Positions 1 to 9,298 are shown, counted from the stretch's first letter. The stretch: 64,000 nt of DNA from Acidimicrobiales bacterium (GCA_030828465.1 JAURCL010000006.1:6355-70354), one strand, 5' to 3'. The notes: generated by a model not told the origin, from the sequence alone. A program made the numbers and translations.

Positions 1-666
1 GTAATCGATGTGGTCGAGCGGTGGCGGTCGGCCTATCGAATGGTGGTCGGCCGGTCGGTGGTGCACCTCGCGGACGAGTACTACTTGCGCGCTGGACGGG
101 AGTTCCCCGGTATCGACGCCTACGAGGGGTGCGAGATGCATGAGGACGGCGTCGGCATGGCTCGAACGTTCGAGGCCGAGTTCCACGGTCACGTGGACTC
201 GGCGACGGGACCGAAACGTGGCTTCTTCGTTTCGGTCGACGGGGGAGGGGCGATGCCTCCGAATCCGGCCGCCTACACCGGACTGCGCGCCGAGAGCCGT
301 GTCGAGTTGCGGAGTGCGACGCCGAGGAGCGGCGCCATCGGGATCCTCACGGGTGAACTTGGAGCGGAGGTGCTGGCACCCCTGCTCGCCTCGCTTGATC
401 GACGTGATGTTCGCCTGTTACCGGTACGTAACGAGTTCTTCGGGGGAAACACCGCCGTGACCGGACTCATGACCTTCGAGGATGTCGCGCGGGTGTTGGC
501 CAATGAACCCGTTGGTGACCGCTATCTGCTTCCGGATGTGTGTCTCAGCGACGATGGTCGGTTCCTCGATGGGGGGCGTAGCGTTGATCTTCCCCGCAGG
601 GTCGAGATCGTTCCGACCGATGGCAGTTCCCTCAGGCGGGCGCTTCAAGGCACGGTCTCAACATGA
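1..666 (+). CDS. DUF512-type protein (radical-SAM associated), C-terminal part; 5' end lies outside the window
   Basis: Frame 1 is open from nt 1. Translation carries ADEYYL...EDGVGMAR...NEFFGGNTAVTGLMT...YLLPDVCLSDDGRFLDG, typical of the DUF512 C-terminal domain. The stop overlaps the der start (ATGA at 663-666). Confidence 0.6.
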   Translation, partial: VIDVVERWRSAYRMVVGRSVVHLADEYYLRAGREFPGIDAYEGCEMHEDGVGMARTFEAEFHGHVDSATGPKRGFFVSVDGGGAMPPNPAAYTGLRAESRVELRSATPRSGAIGILTGELGAEVLAPLLASLDRRDVRLLPVRNEFFGGNTAVTGLMTFEDVARVLANEPVGDRYLLPDVCLSDDGRFLDGGRSVDLPRRVEIVPTDGSSLRRALQGTVST

Positions 667-2057
667 CAGATGACGCACCACCCGAGGAGATCGCGCCGCC
701 CGAGGTGAGCGCCGAGCGAGCCACGATCGTGGTGGTCGGCCGACCCAATGTTGGGAAGTCGACCCTCTTCAACCGGATTGTTGGCGGACAGGTGGCCATC
801 GTCGAGGACCGCCCCGGAATTACTAGAGATCGCAAGGAGATGGACGCCGAATGGCTTGGTGTGCCCTTCAAGGTGATCGACACGGGAGGGTGGATGCCAA
901 GCGGCGACGCCCTCGACACCAAGGTCTCGCGACAGGTGGAACGCGCTGTCGAGGAGGGCGATCTCGTGCTTTTTGTCGTGGACGCGACTGTTGGGGTCGT
1001 GACCGACGACGAGGCGGTGGCGGACTGGTTGCGTCGAATCGACACCCCGGTGTTGGTGGTCGCTAACAAGTCCGACAACGATCAGCGCGAACGCGACCTG
1101 TGGGAGTTCCTTTCCCTCGGGCTTGGAGACGCCTTGCCGGTGTCGGCATTGCATGGTCGTCGCGCGGGTGACCTCCTCGACGTCGTCCTCGAACGTCTCG
1201 GTCCGCTCGGCCTGCCTCCGGAGCGGATCTTGGAGCCTTGGCTCGATCCAGACGCCTCGACCGAGCTCGCCGAGGACGGCGAACGTCCGCCGCGGGTGGC
1301 GATCGTCGGTCGACCGAACGTCGGCAAGTCGACGCTCTTCAACCGCCTCGTCGGAGACGACAGAGCGGTGGTGCATGACATGGCTGGAACCACTCGTGAT
1401 GCCGTCGACACCTTGGTCGACACCGAAGACGGCCCGATCGTCTTTGTTGACACGGCCGGTATGCGCCGACGCTCCCGCATCGATGACAGCGCCGAGTACT
1501 ACTCGGCGGTCCGAGCGCTGCGCGCAATCGATGATGCCGATGTCGCGCTGCTCGTGATTGATGCGAACGAGGGTGTAACGGGGCAGGACCAGCGACTCGC
1601 CGAGCGGATTGACGCCTCCGGTTGTCCGGTGGTGATCATGTTGAACAAGTGGGAGACGATCGACGACGCTGACCGCCGCGCATCAATCAAGGCCGATGTG
1701 GTCAGGAAGCTGGCCTTTGTCGGCGATGCCCCGGTGCTCGGGATCTCCGCCCTCACCGGGAAGGGTGTGCATCGCCTGCGTCCCGTGCTTGCCGATGCCA
1801 TCGAGCAGTACCACCGGCGGGTGCCGACCAAGGACGTGAACCGAGTGATCGCGGCCGCTCAGCAGGCCTCGCCGGCTCCCGGCGGCGCGCGGGTTCTCTA
1901 CGCGATTCAGGGAGCTACGGATCCGCCCACGTTCACGCTCTTCGTCAACCGAGAACTGCCTCAGCACCACGTGCGCTATCTGGAGCGGAGCATCCGTGAG
2001 GCCTTCGGGTTCGGTTCCACACCACTCAAGCTCCGTATCCGCAAGAAGCAGGGTTGA
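663..2057 (+). CDS. der: ribosome-associated GTPase Der (EngA), two tandem GTPase domains plus a KH-like C-terminus
   Basis: Two P-loops, GRPNVGKSTLFNR at residues ~26 and ~216. DTGG/DTAG and NKSD/NKWE motifs are present, and the length is 464 aa. Confidence 0.95.
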   Translation: MTDDAPPEEIAPPEVSAERATIVVVGRPNVGKSTLFNRIVGGQVAIVEDRPGITRDRKEMDAEWLGVPFKVIDTGGWMPSGDALDTKVSRQVERAVEEGDLVLFVVDATVGVVTDDEAVADWLRRIDTPVLVVANKSDNDQRERDLWEFLSLGLGDALPVSALHGRRAGDLLDVVLERLGPLGLPPERILEPWLDPDASTELAEDGERPPRVAIVGRPNVGKSTLFNRLVGDDRAVVHDMAGTTRDAVDTLVDTEDGPIVFVDTAGMRRRSRIDDSAEYYSAVRALRAIDDADVALLVIDANEGVTGQDQRLAERIDASGCPVVIMLNKWETIDDADRRASIKADVVRKLAFVGDAPVLGISALTGKGVHRLRPVLADAIEQYHRRVPTKDVNRVIAAAQQASPAPGGARVLYAIQGATDPPTFTLFVNRELPQHHVRYLERSIREAFGFGSTPLKLRIRKKQG

Positions 2058-2058
2058 C

Positions 2059-2268
2059 ATGCCGTGGTGCGAACCTTGCGCGCGCTACCACGCTCCCTCC
2101 GCCCTCGATAGCGAGGGACGGTGTCCTTCGTGCGGTTCTGACCTGAGCGAGCAGACCGAGCGGACACGAAACGCGCTCGCCGAGGAGACGACGCCATGGC
2201 ACTTCAAACTGCTGGTGGTGGCGCTCGTCGTCTATCTCGGCTGGCGTTTCGTTGAACTCTTTGCCTGA
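2059..2268 (+). CDS. small zinc-ribbon protein with a C-terminal transmembrane helix (69 aa), function unknown
   Basis: ATG lies 1 nt after the der stop. Translation is MPWCEPCARYH...GRCPSCGSDL (CxxC...CxxC) followed by a hydrophobic LLVVALVVYLGWRFV tail. Confidence 0.5.
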   Translation: MPWCEPCARYHAPSALDSEGRCPSCGSDLSEQTERTRNALAEETTPWHFKLLVVALVVYLGWRFVELFA

Positions 2269-2304
2269 GGTGGCCACCTGCGATAGTCGCGGCAGGAGGT
2301 TGCC

Positions 2305-3072
2305 ATGAGGGGACTGTCAGATCGCGTTGTGATGATCACCGGCGCTGGTGGTGGGATCGGATCCGCGACCGCGCGGCGTTTCGCGGAGGAGGGTTCCATC
2401 GTCATCGCTCTCGACCGCGCCGCTGAGGCGGTTGCGGCGGTCGCACACGACATCGGCGCCAACGGAGGTCGAATCGAGCCCGTCGTCGCCGACCTGACCG
2501 ACCGAGAGAGTCTCGAGCGTGCCGTGCGCGCGGTGGAGGAGCGTCACGGTGGAGTGGATGTGCTCGTGAATAACGCGGGCTGGGACGTCTTCAAGCCGTT
2601 CCTTCAGACCTCGGTTGACGAGTGGCTGAAATTGATCGACATCAACCTCGTTGGCGCCCTCCACATGCTGCATCTCGTTCTGCCCCGCATGGTGGAAGGT
2701 GGACGCGGGCGGGTCATCAATGTCTCCTCTGACGCGGCCCGGGTCGGATCCTCCGGCGAGGCGGTCTACGCGGCCTGCAAAGGCGGTCTGGTATCCCTCA
2801 CCAAGACCCTCGCGCGTGAGCACGCCCGCCACGGGATTACCTGCAACGTCGTGTGCCCGGGCCCCACCGACACCGCCCTCTTTGACGGGTTCCGGCAGGG
2901 AGCGTCGAATCCCGAGAAGCTGGAGGAGGCGTTCCGACGCTCCATCCCGCTTGGTCGGATCGGTCAACCGGACGACCTTCCTGGGGCGATCCTCTTCTTC
3001 GCGAGCGATGACGCCGCGTACGTGACCGGCCAGGTTCTCAGTGTCTCGGGCGGTTTGACGATGGTTGGTTGA
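2305..3072 (+). CDS. SDR-family oxidoreductase (FabG-like 3-oxoacyl reductase)
   Basis: TGAGGGIG cofactor motif, NNAG, and the S...YxxxK (YAACKGG) catalytic signature; 255 aa. Confidence 0.85.
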   Translation: MRGLSDRVVMITGAGGGIGSATARRFAEEGSIVIALDRAAEAVAAVAHDIGANGGRIEPVVADLTDRESLERAVRAVEERHGGVDVLVNNAGWDVFKPFLQTSVDEWLKLIDINLVGALHMLHLVLPRMVEGGRGRVINVSSDAARVGSSGEAVYAACKGGLVSLTKTLAREHARHGITCNVVCPGPTDTALFDGFRQGASNPEKLEEAFRRSIPLGRIGQPDDLPGAILFFASDDAAYVTGQVLSVSGGLTMVG

Positions 3073-3118
3073 CCCCGGGGGATCGGTGCGATCGGTCGCT
3101 AGCATCGGTCGTCACACA

Positions 3119-3196
3119 CGGGCTGTGGCGCAGCTTGGTTAGCGCGCTTGTCTGGGGGACAAGAGGTCCCGAGTTCGAATCTCGGCAGCCCGACCA
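3119..3196 (+). tRNA. tRNA-Pro (anticodon GGG)
   Basis: Hand-folded cloverleaf. Acceptor CGGGCUG/CAGCCCG, D stem GCGC/GCGC, anticodon stem CUUGU/ACAAG with loop CU-GGG-GG (anticodon 3154-3156). T arm CCGAG-UUCGAAU-CUCGG, discriminator A and encoded CCA. Confidence 0.9.
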
Positions 3197-3198
3197 CC

Positions 3199-3231
3199 AA
3201 CCGGCTGGTAACAGCCGGTTGTCATCTTTTT
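3199..3231 (+). terminator. intrinsic terminator after tRNA-Pro
   Basis: Perfect 9-bp hairpin AACCGGCUG-GUAA-CAGCCGGUU, followed by GUCAUCUUUUU. Confidence 0.6.
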
Positions 3232-3289
3232 CGATGTGGTAGGGGCTTCGGTTGCGCCGGGGAACACGGGCGTCGTGTAGACACTTTTG

Positions 3290-5344
3290 ATGCGCCTTCG
3301 CTCGAGATCCCGTGTCATCTTCGCTCTGATCACCACCGCGGGGCTGATCGCCTGCGGGGGAACGGCTGAGGATGCCCAGCCCGCTGACCGGTCGGCGGAG
3401 GACTCCGCTGTCGATGAGGGACAGGAGCCCGAACCGGAGGAGACCCGCTCGAATTCGGACGCCGACGCCGATGACGCAGCCGACGACAACGATGCCAGTG
3501 GTCCGGCGGCGGATGATCTTCTCGCGGAGGACGGTTCCTGGACGGTTCTCATCTACCTCATGGGGGACAACGACCTCGAGCGGTTCGCGGTCGGCGACGT
3601 GGTCGAGATGGCAGAGGCGGGCTCGAACGAGAACGTGAACATCGTGACCCTCGTCGACCGTCATCCCGGCTTCTCGGACGCCGAGCTCGGTCCGCTCGGC
3701 GACTTCGACGGCACCCGGCTTCTCCATGTCGGACGAGACGAGCTCATCGACTCCTTCGATACCGGCGAATTGAACCTCGGCGACCCGGCGACACTCAAGG
3801 ACTTCTTGGTCACCGGGGTCAACGAGTTCCCCGCTGACCGTTACGCCCTCATCCTGTGGGATCACGGTGGTGGCTGGATCGGGATGGGACCCGACGACAC
3901 CGACAACGAGGACCTCCTCACCCTCCCCGAGATTCGAGCAGCGGTGCAGGACGGTCTCGACGAGGTCGGTCTCGATTCGATCGACCTGCTCGGTTTCGAC
4001 GCCTGCCTCATGGCGACATTGGAGGTCGCGAGTCACGTGCAGGACCTCGCCGATGTGATGGTCGCCTCCGAGGAACTCGAGCCCGGACATGGTTGGGACT
4101 TCGCCTCCCTTGAGGTGCTCCGCGATCGTCGAGATGTCGGTGCCGCTGGTCTTGCCGTCGAACTCATCGACACCTACGCCGCGCAGGCCGCGGAGTTCAA
4201 GACTGACACCAAGATCACCCTGTCAGCTCTCGACCTTGCCGGCATCACCGAATTGGAGGGGGCGCTCGAAGATCTCGCGGAGGTCCTCTCTGAGGGAGAC
4301 ATCTCCGTCCTGTCCGCGCTCGCCGCAGCACGTCAAGCCGCCCTCGCGTTCGGCACCAACCCCGATCCCTCCCTTGCCTCCAACCTTCTCGATCTCGGCT
4401 CGCTGATGGAGGAGTTCCTGATGATGGAAACCTCCATCGGACCCGAGATCGAGGCGGTGCTCGCGGCGCTGGACGAGACGGTGATCTACGAGATCAGCGG
4501 GCCGGCGACGCGGCGCGCCACCGGTGTGAGCGTCTACTTCCCACCGAGTCTCGACTACGTCAGTGACAGGTACGCCGAACTCGACGAGGTTCCCGGCTGG
4601 TTCGAGATCCTCGAGGCCTTCTACTACGCGGGCGAGAACATGGATGAGGGGAGCAAGGCCTCATTCGCCGAGGAGGAGGCCCTCGAGTTCTACTTCGACG
4701 ATGAGGGCTTGACGGTCTACGGCACCGTCGAGGTCGGCTCGAGCGACTCGATCATCGCCGCCGAGATCGTGTACGGCGTCGTCGACGACAGTGACGGCTC
4801 AATCGTCTTCATCGGTGAGGAGCCCGCCTCATTCGAGGCCCTCGACGATGGTTCCGGGGAGGTTGCCGCCTTCTACGACCTGACCGCTCTGACCCTCTCC
4901 GATGGCATCGACACCGACTTCGCGTTCCTCGATATGGAGATCGACGAAGAGGACGGACTCTGGTTCCTCGACGTACCGCTCTGGTATGTGGCACCCGAGG
5001 AGCTCGACGGCGATGGACCGCCGCACGATGTCATCCTCGGCCTCACGTTGAACCCTGACGGCGACGTGCTGAGCGAGGTGTACTACGAGATCGACGGCGA
5101 GGGGATGATCGGCGAGTTGTCGGCTGATCCGGAGGGACTGATCTTCCCGGTGGTGCTCAATCAGTATCCCGATGGCTCGAGCGAGTGGGTCACCCTCAGC
5201 GAGGTGGGTCTCTTCGCCGATCTCCCATCCCTCCAGTACGACGTGGTGCCCCTCGATTCGGGAACGGAGCTCTTCGTCGAATTGATCGTCTACGACTTGG
5301 CCGGCGATTCCGCGTCGCAGACCGGGGTCATCACGCTGCCCTGA
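3290..5344 (+). CDS. secreted lipoprotein, clostripain-family (peptidase C11) cysteine protease with a very acidic C-terminal region
   Basis: Signal peptide plus lipobox (ALITTAGLIAC-GG). C11 core has YLMGDNDLE, a His in ILWDHGGGW and a Cys in LLGFDACLMAT. The last ~280 aa are D/E-rich. The ATG at 3290 is preferred over the TTG at 3287. Confidence 0.8.
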   Translation: MRLRSRSRVIFALITTAGLIACGGTAEDAQPADRSAEDSAVDEGQEPEPEETRSNSDADADDAADDNDASGPAADDLLAEDGSWTVLIYLMGDNDLERFAVGDVVEMAEAGSNENVNIVTLVDRHPGFSDAELGPLGDFDGTRLLHVGRDELIDSFDTGELNLGDPATLKDFLVTGVNEFPADRYALILWDHGGGWIGMGPDDTDNEDLLTLPEIRAAVQDGLDEVGLDSIDLLGFDACLMATLEVASHVQDLADVMVASEELEPGHGWDFASLEVLRDRRDVGAAGLAVELIDTYAAQAAEFKTDTKITLSALDLAGITELEGALEDLAEVLSEGDISVLSALAAARQAALAFGTNPDPSLASNLLDLGSLMEEFLMMETSIGPEIEAVLAALDETVIYEISGPATRRATGVSVYFPPSLDYVSDRYAELDEVPGWFEILEAFYYAGENMDEGSKASFAEEEALEFYFDDEGLTVYGTVEVGSSDSIIAAEIVYGVVDDSDGSIVFIGEEPASFEALDDGSGEVAAFYDLTALTLSDGIDTDFAFLDMEIDEEDGLWFLDVPLWYVAPEELDGDGPPHDVILGLTLNPDGDVLSEVYYEIDGEGMIGELSADPEGLIFPVVLNQYPDGSSEWVTLSEVGLFADLPSLQYDVVPLDSGTELFVELIVYDLAGDSASQTGVITLP

Positions 5345-5391
5345 GGCCACGATCGCGGGATCGGCCCCGCAGGACGACACCAGGATCTTGG

Positions 5392-5946
5392 CTACACGTC
5401 GATTCGGCTCTCCTCGATGATCCCGGCCGCCTCGATCCGCCAGGATCCCTCCTCGCTGATGAGCCGGTAGGCGAGTCCGATGGTGGACCCCGTCGGACGG
5501 CGGAAGCTCACCACGAGGGCGACGAGGTCGTCGCTGCGCGCGCAGTCCCGCACCTCCCGGTCGAGCGGCTCGAGGAGGAACGAGTAACCCGACCGGATGA
5601 TCGCAGCGAATCGCTCCGGATCGCTACCGGCGCGGAAACTCCGCGACGAGTAGGTGAGTGCCCGCTCGAAGTCACCCTCGATGATGGCCCGGTGCTGACC
5701 GTCGATCGTCGCTGTGACCGCATCCAGCACCACCGTCTCGCAGGCCGGAGCGACCGGGGTCGTCTCCTCGGGCGCGCTCGACGACGTCGGTGGCGTGGTC
5801 GATGACGTGGTCGATGTCGTGGTCGATGTCGAGGCCGGTGGACTCGTGGACGGGTCCGGCGGGTTCGTCGACATCGGACCCGAAAGATCGGTTCCGCCCC
5901 CGCACCCGCTGACTGCGAGGACAACAACAAGGGTGGTCCACCGCAT
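5392..5946 (-). CDS. lipoprotein with Ser/Thr/Pro-rich linker and DUF4864-like (NTF2-like) C-terminal domain
   Basis: Internal start MRWTTLVVVLAVSGC-GG (lipobox) at 5946. The long ORF upstream of it overlaps the divergent gene. Linker is STSPPASTSTTTSTTSSTTPPTSSS. The family name is from memory and tentative. Confidence 0.6.
   Translation of the reverse strand: MRWTTLVVVLAVSGCGGGTDLSGPMSTNPPDPSTSPPASTSTTTSTTSSTTPPTSSSAPEETTPVAPACETVVLDAVTATIDGQHRAIIEGDFERALTYSSRSFRAGSDPERFAAIIRSGYSFLLEPLDREVRDCARSDDLVALVVSFRRPTGSTIGLAYRLISEEGSWRIEAAGIIEESRIDV
5795..5830. repeat. 3 x 12-bp tandem repeat (GTGGTCGATGWC) inside the Ser/Thr linker coding region
   Basis: Read directly: gtggtcgatgac gtggtcgatgtc gtggtcgatgtc. 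It encodes part of the TSTT-type low-complexity linker on the minus strand. Confidence 0.7.
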
Positions 5947-5964
5947 GGCGGGACCGTAGGCCTG

Positions 5965-6849
5965 ATGCGCTCCGAAGCGCCAGACGTGCCCGGAAGCACG
6001 CCTAGAGTCCCGAGGGTGACGCCAACCGTGATCCACACCGGGCTCGACTTCGGAGAGGGCCCACGGTGGCACGACGGTCGCCTCTGGTTCAGCGATTTCT
6101 TCCGCCATGGCGTGTTCACCCTCGACGGGGGAGTGGAGGAGAGGGTGCTCGATGTGCCGGGCCAGCCGTCCGGCCTGGGCTGGCTGCCCGCTGGACGCAT
6201 GCTGGTGGTGTCGATGCTCGACCGGCGTCTGCTCGTTTGGGACGGCGTCCGCCTCGAGACCCATGCCGACCTGTCGGAGGTGAGCGAGCACGAGTGCAAC
6301 GACCTGGTGGTGGCTGCCGACGGCACCGCCTATGTCTCATCCTTCGGCTTCGATCTCAACGGTGGTGCAGAGCCGCGGCCGACGAGAATGATCGTGGTCT
6401 CTCCGGACGGTGAGGTGCGCCTCGGCGACGATGACGTCTGGTTCCCGAACGGCAGTGTGATCACTCCAGATGGCGTGCTCATCGTCGGAGAGACCTTCGC
6501 GTCGCGATACACCGCCTATGACCTCGATGGAACCGGCATGCCCGTCAATCGGAGGATCTGGGCCGAGGTCGAGGGGCTCACCCCCGACGGGTGCTGCCTG
6601 GACGCCGAGGGACGGATCTGGTCGGCGGATCCCGTCGCCAAGCGTGTGGCACTGGTAGCCGAGGGCGGCCGCGTCATCGAGGAGATCCCGACCGAACAGT
6701 CAGCGGTGGCGTGCATGCTCGGAGGTGAGGATCGCCGGACCCTCCACATCCTCACCTCGAAGGGGACGAAGCCTGAGCGAGTGGCCGGTGCCGGCACCGG
6801 AAGGATCGAGACGGTGAGGGTCGAGGTGCCCGGGGTCGGACTGCCCTGA
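5965..6849 (+). CDS. SMP-30/gluconolactonase/LRE-family beta-propeller protein
   Basis: FGEGPRWHDGRLWFSD, ...NDLVVAADG..., PNG...TPDG, TPDGCCLDAEGRIW motifs. The start is uncertain (ATG 5965 or GTG 6016). Confidence 0.75.
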   Translation: MRSEAPDVPGSTPRVPRVTPTVIHTGLDFGEGPRWHDGRLWFSDFFRHGVFTLDGGVEERVLDVPGQPSGLGWLPAGRMLVVSMLDRRLLVWDGVRLETHADLSEVSEHECNDLVVAADGTAYVSSFGFDLNGGAEPRPTRMIVVSPDGEVRLGDDDVWFPNGSVITPDGVLIVGETFASRYTAYDLDGTGMPVNRRIWAEVEGLTPDGCCLDAEGRIWSADPVAKRVALVAEGGRVIEEIPTEQSAVACMLGGEDRRTLHILTSKGTKPERVAGAGTGRIETVRVEVPGVGLP

Positions 6850-6850
6850 G

Positions 6851-7552
6851 ATGTGCGGTCGCTACATCTCGACCACCACCCCGGATCGCCTCGGCGAGAT
6901 CTTCGACGCCTCGACGGTGTCGTTCGAGTTCTCACCCCGGTACAACCTGGCGCCGGGAGCACTGGCGCCGATCGTGTCCTCCGACGCGGACCAACGGGTG
7001 ATCGAAGTTCACCGGTGGGGACTCGTGCCCCACTGGTCGAAGGAGGACATCGGCACCCGGCTGTCCAACGCCCGCGGGGAGACGGTCGGGGAGAAACCCT
7101 CCTTCCGCGATGCGTTTCGACGGCACCGGGTCGTCGTTCCCATGGACGGCTTCTACGAGTGGGCGCCAGCGCACCCCGACGGACCACGGACGCGTTCGGG
7201 CCGGCCGGCGAAACGACCCCACCTCTTCAGCAGCGTCGATGGCGAGGTGCTCAATGTCGCCGGTATCGCCTCAATCTGGCGTCAGGGGGCAGGGGAGTTG
7301 CGCACGTTCGCGGTGGTCACCACCGAGGCGAACGCCACCATGGCGTCCATCCACGACCGCATGCCGGTGCTCCTCGACCGTGACGGTGTCGACCGTTGGC
7401 TCAATCCGGATGAGCAACCTCTCGATCTGATCGCCCCGGCACCGCCAACGGCTCTCGTGGTTCGCGAGGTGTCCGTCGAAGTCAACGATGCCCGAAACGA
7501 GGGTGCGCACCTGCTCGAAGCAGTTCCGCCGGGCCCTGAGACCCTGTTCTGA
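6851..7552 (+). CDS. SOS-response-associated peptidase (SRAP/YedK-HMCES family) abasic-site DNA-protein crosslink protein
   Basis: N-terminal MCGRY (catalytic Cys2), YNLAPG, HRWGLVPHW, FYEW and HDRMPV motifs; 233 aa. Confidence 0.85.
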   Translation: MCGRYISTTTPDRLGEIFDASTVSFEFSPRYNLAPGALAPIVSSDADQRVIEVHRWGLVPHWSKEDIGTRLSNARGETVGEKPSFRDAFRRHRVVVPMDGFYEWAPAHPDGPRTRSGRPAKRPHLFSSVDGEVLNVAGIASIWRQGAGELRTFAVVTTEANATMASIHDRMPVLLDRDGVDRWLNPDEQPLDLIAPAPPTALVVREVSVEVNDARNEGAHLLEAVPPGPETLF

Positions 7553-7585
7553 GTTGTTCGGCGGATTCGCCGAGATCGGGGGCCC

Positions 7586-8818
7586 TCAGGCGACGATGGC
7601 CTGATAGACGAGCTGCTTCAGTTGCGGGCGAATCGGATGGGTGCTCGATGGGAGCAGCTGGGTCAGGAACACGACCGAGAGCGACTCGGCGGGATCGATC
7701 CAGAACGCCGTCGACGCGGCCCCACCCCAGGCGATCTCACCCTCGGAGCACGGAACCTTGTTCGCAGCCGCGTCGATCACGACGGAGAAGCCGAGGCCGA
7801 ATCCGATGCCGTCGTAGGTGGTCTCGGAGAACAGCGGTCTACCGAACTCCTCGAGGTCGACGTTGCCTGGGAGGTGGTTGCGAGCCATGTAGCCGACGGT
7901 GTGCCGACCGAGAATCCGGGCGCCGTCCAACTCACCGCCGTTCAGCACCATCTGGCAGAACCGGAGATAGTCCTCGGCCGTCCCATAGAGACCACCACCG
8001 CCGGAGAAGACGACCGGTTGCTCAGGCCTGGCCAGCGACGCCGGTGCCGGGACCGCGGCGCCCGTCGATACATCCGGAGTGAACAGCTCCGCGAGGCGGG
8101 CGCGCCGGTCATCGGTGAGGGTGAAGCAGGTGTCGACCATGTCGAGCGGCCCGAGGATCTCCTCGTGGAAGAACTCCTGGAGGGTTCGCCCTGACACCAC
8201 CTCGACCACGCGCCCGAGCACATCGGTCGCGACCGAGTAGTTCCATTCGGTGCCCGGTTGGAACAGCAGGGGAAATGCGGCCCAGGCCTCGCAGCACTGT
8301 TCGAGGTCCATCCCCTCGGGGTACCTCCACTCGAAGCCCGCTCGGCGGTACATCGCATCAACCTCGTCCTGGTGCTGAAATCCGTAGGTGAGACCCGCCG
8401 TGTGCGTGAGCAGGTGCCACACCAGCATCGGGCGGTCCTGAGGAACGAGCTGAGGGGCATCGGCGGTACCACCGACGAAGACCTGGGAGTCCGCGAAGGC
8501 CGGGATGTACCGAGACACCGGGTCCTTGAGGGCAAGCATCCCGCGCTCGACGAGCATCATCGCCGCCACCGAGGTCAACGGCTTGGTCATCGAGTAGAGG
8601 CGCACGATCGTGTCGTCGACAAAGGGACGAGCCCGGGCGGCGTCGATGTGGCCGTACGTCGCGGTGTGGGCCACGCGTCCATGGCGAGCGATGGCCATCT
8701 GCCAGCCGACCAGACGTCCGTCGTCGACGTATCGACGGAAGTGGGTCTCGAGGCGCCTGAGCCGGTCGGCGTCGAGGCCGACCTCGGCGGGTGTCGCGCG
8801 GGGGAGCGGACTGCTCAT
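7586..8818 (-). CDS. serine hydrolase, beta-lactamase class C/esterase family
   Basis: SMTKPLTSVAAMMLVERG (SxxK), a YS.. motif and WGGAASTAFWIDP near the C-terminus; 410 aa. Confidence 0.85.
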   Translation of the reverse strand: MSSPLPRATPAEVGLDADRLRRLETHFRRYVDDGRLVGWQMAIARHGRVAHTATYGHIDAARARPFVDDTIVRLYSMTKPLTSVAAMMLVERGMLALKDPVSRYIPAFADSQVFVGGTADAPQLVPQDRPMLVWHLLTHTAGLTYGFQHQDEVDAMYRRAGFEWRYPEGMDLEQCCEAWAAFPLLFQPGTEWNYSVATDVLGRVVEVVSGRTLQEFFHEEILGPLDMVDTCFTLTDDRRARLAELFTPDVSTGAAVPAPASLARPEQPVVFSGGGGLYGTAEDYLRFCQMVLNGGELDGARILGRHTVGYMARNHLPGNVDLEEFGRPLFSETTYDGIGFGLGFSVVIDAAANKVPCSEGEIAWGGAASTAFWIDPAESLSVVFLTQLLPSSTHPIRPQLKQLVYQAIVA

Positions 8819-9237
8819 CCGACCTCGGTGTCGTGCCCGCGGGCCCGCAACGCCGAGCGGATCGCCTCGGCGTGCGACCCCACTTCATCAGGGTCCACCG
8901 AGGACGCGGCGCGCGCGAAGTCAAGGTCGGCCATGGCATCGGCGGGAATCACGTGTAGATGCGTATGGGGAACCTCGAACCCCGCGATCACCAGACCGAC
9001 GCGCTCGGTCCCGAACGCTGTCCGGCAGGCCTCGGCGATCAGGCCGGCGATCTCGAAGCAGTGGGCTCTGATGGCAGGGTCGAGATCGGTCCACTGGTCC
9101 ACCTCAGCTCGGGGTACCACGAGACAGTGACCGGCTCGGGTCGGATTGATGCTCATGAACGCCACGCACACGTCGTCCCGCCAGACGAAGGTGCCCGGCA
9201 GTTCCCCGTCGATGATCCGTGTGAAGACGCTCGGCAC
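8815..9237 (-). CDS. HIT-family (histidine triad) nucleotide hydrolase
   Basis: GTG start at 9237 gives VPSVFTRIIDGELPG..., and the triad reads HTHLHVIP. The stop-proximal start of the downstream gene overlaps (ATGA 8815-8818). The upstream part of the 331-aa ORF was rejected. Confidence 0.85.
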   Translation of the reverse strand: MPSVFTRIIDGELPGTFVWRDDVCVAFMSINPTRAGHCLVVPRAEVDQWTDLDPAIRAHCFEIAGLIAEACRTAFGTERVGLVIAGFEVPHTHLHVIPADAMADLDFARAASSVDPDEVGSHAEAIRSALRARGHDTEVG

Positions 9238-9298
9238 GCTGTGAGCGTACGCTCCTGATGTGGAGCCTGAACGTGTCGGACCTGATCCACGGCCATCG

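Noticed and set aside
645-1376. 243-aa and other minus-strand ORFs antisense to der (632-1480)
   Set aside because: der on the plus strand has unambiguous GTPase motifs. The antisense translations are R/S/P-rich with no motifs.
2317-3105. 262-aa minus-strand ORF antisense to the SDR gene
   Set aside because: Shadow ORF. The SDR frame carries the TGxxxGxG and YxxxK motifs.
3038-4090. 350-aa minus-strand ORF covering tRNA-Pro and the 5' half of the C11 protease gene
   Set aside because: It runs antisense to a gene with clear motifs and across a tRNA. The translation is low-complexity and R/G/V-rich, a typical GC-rich shadow ORF.
3119-6900. Genomic island integrated at tRNA-Pro
   Set aside because: There is no integrase, recombinase or transposase, no repeat of the tRNA 3' end noticed downstream, and no visible compositional shift. 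The idea is kept only as a weak remark in the C11 finding.
8258-9130. 290-aa plus-strand ORF across the beta-lactamase-family/HIT junction
   Set aside because: It is antisense to two genes with clear family motifs, and its translation is Arg/Gly/His-rich and featureless.
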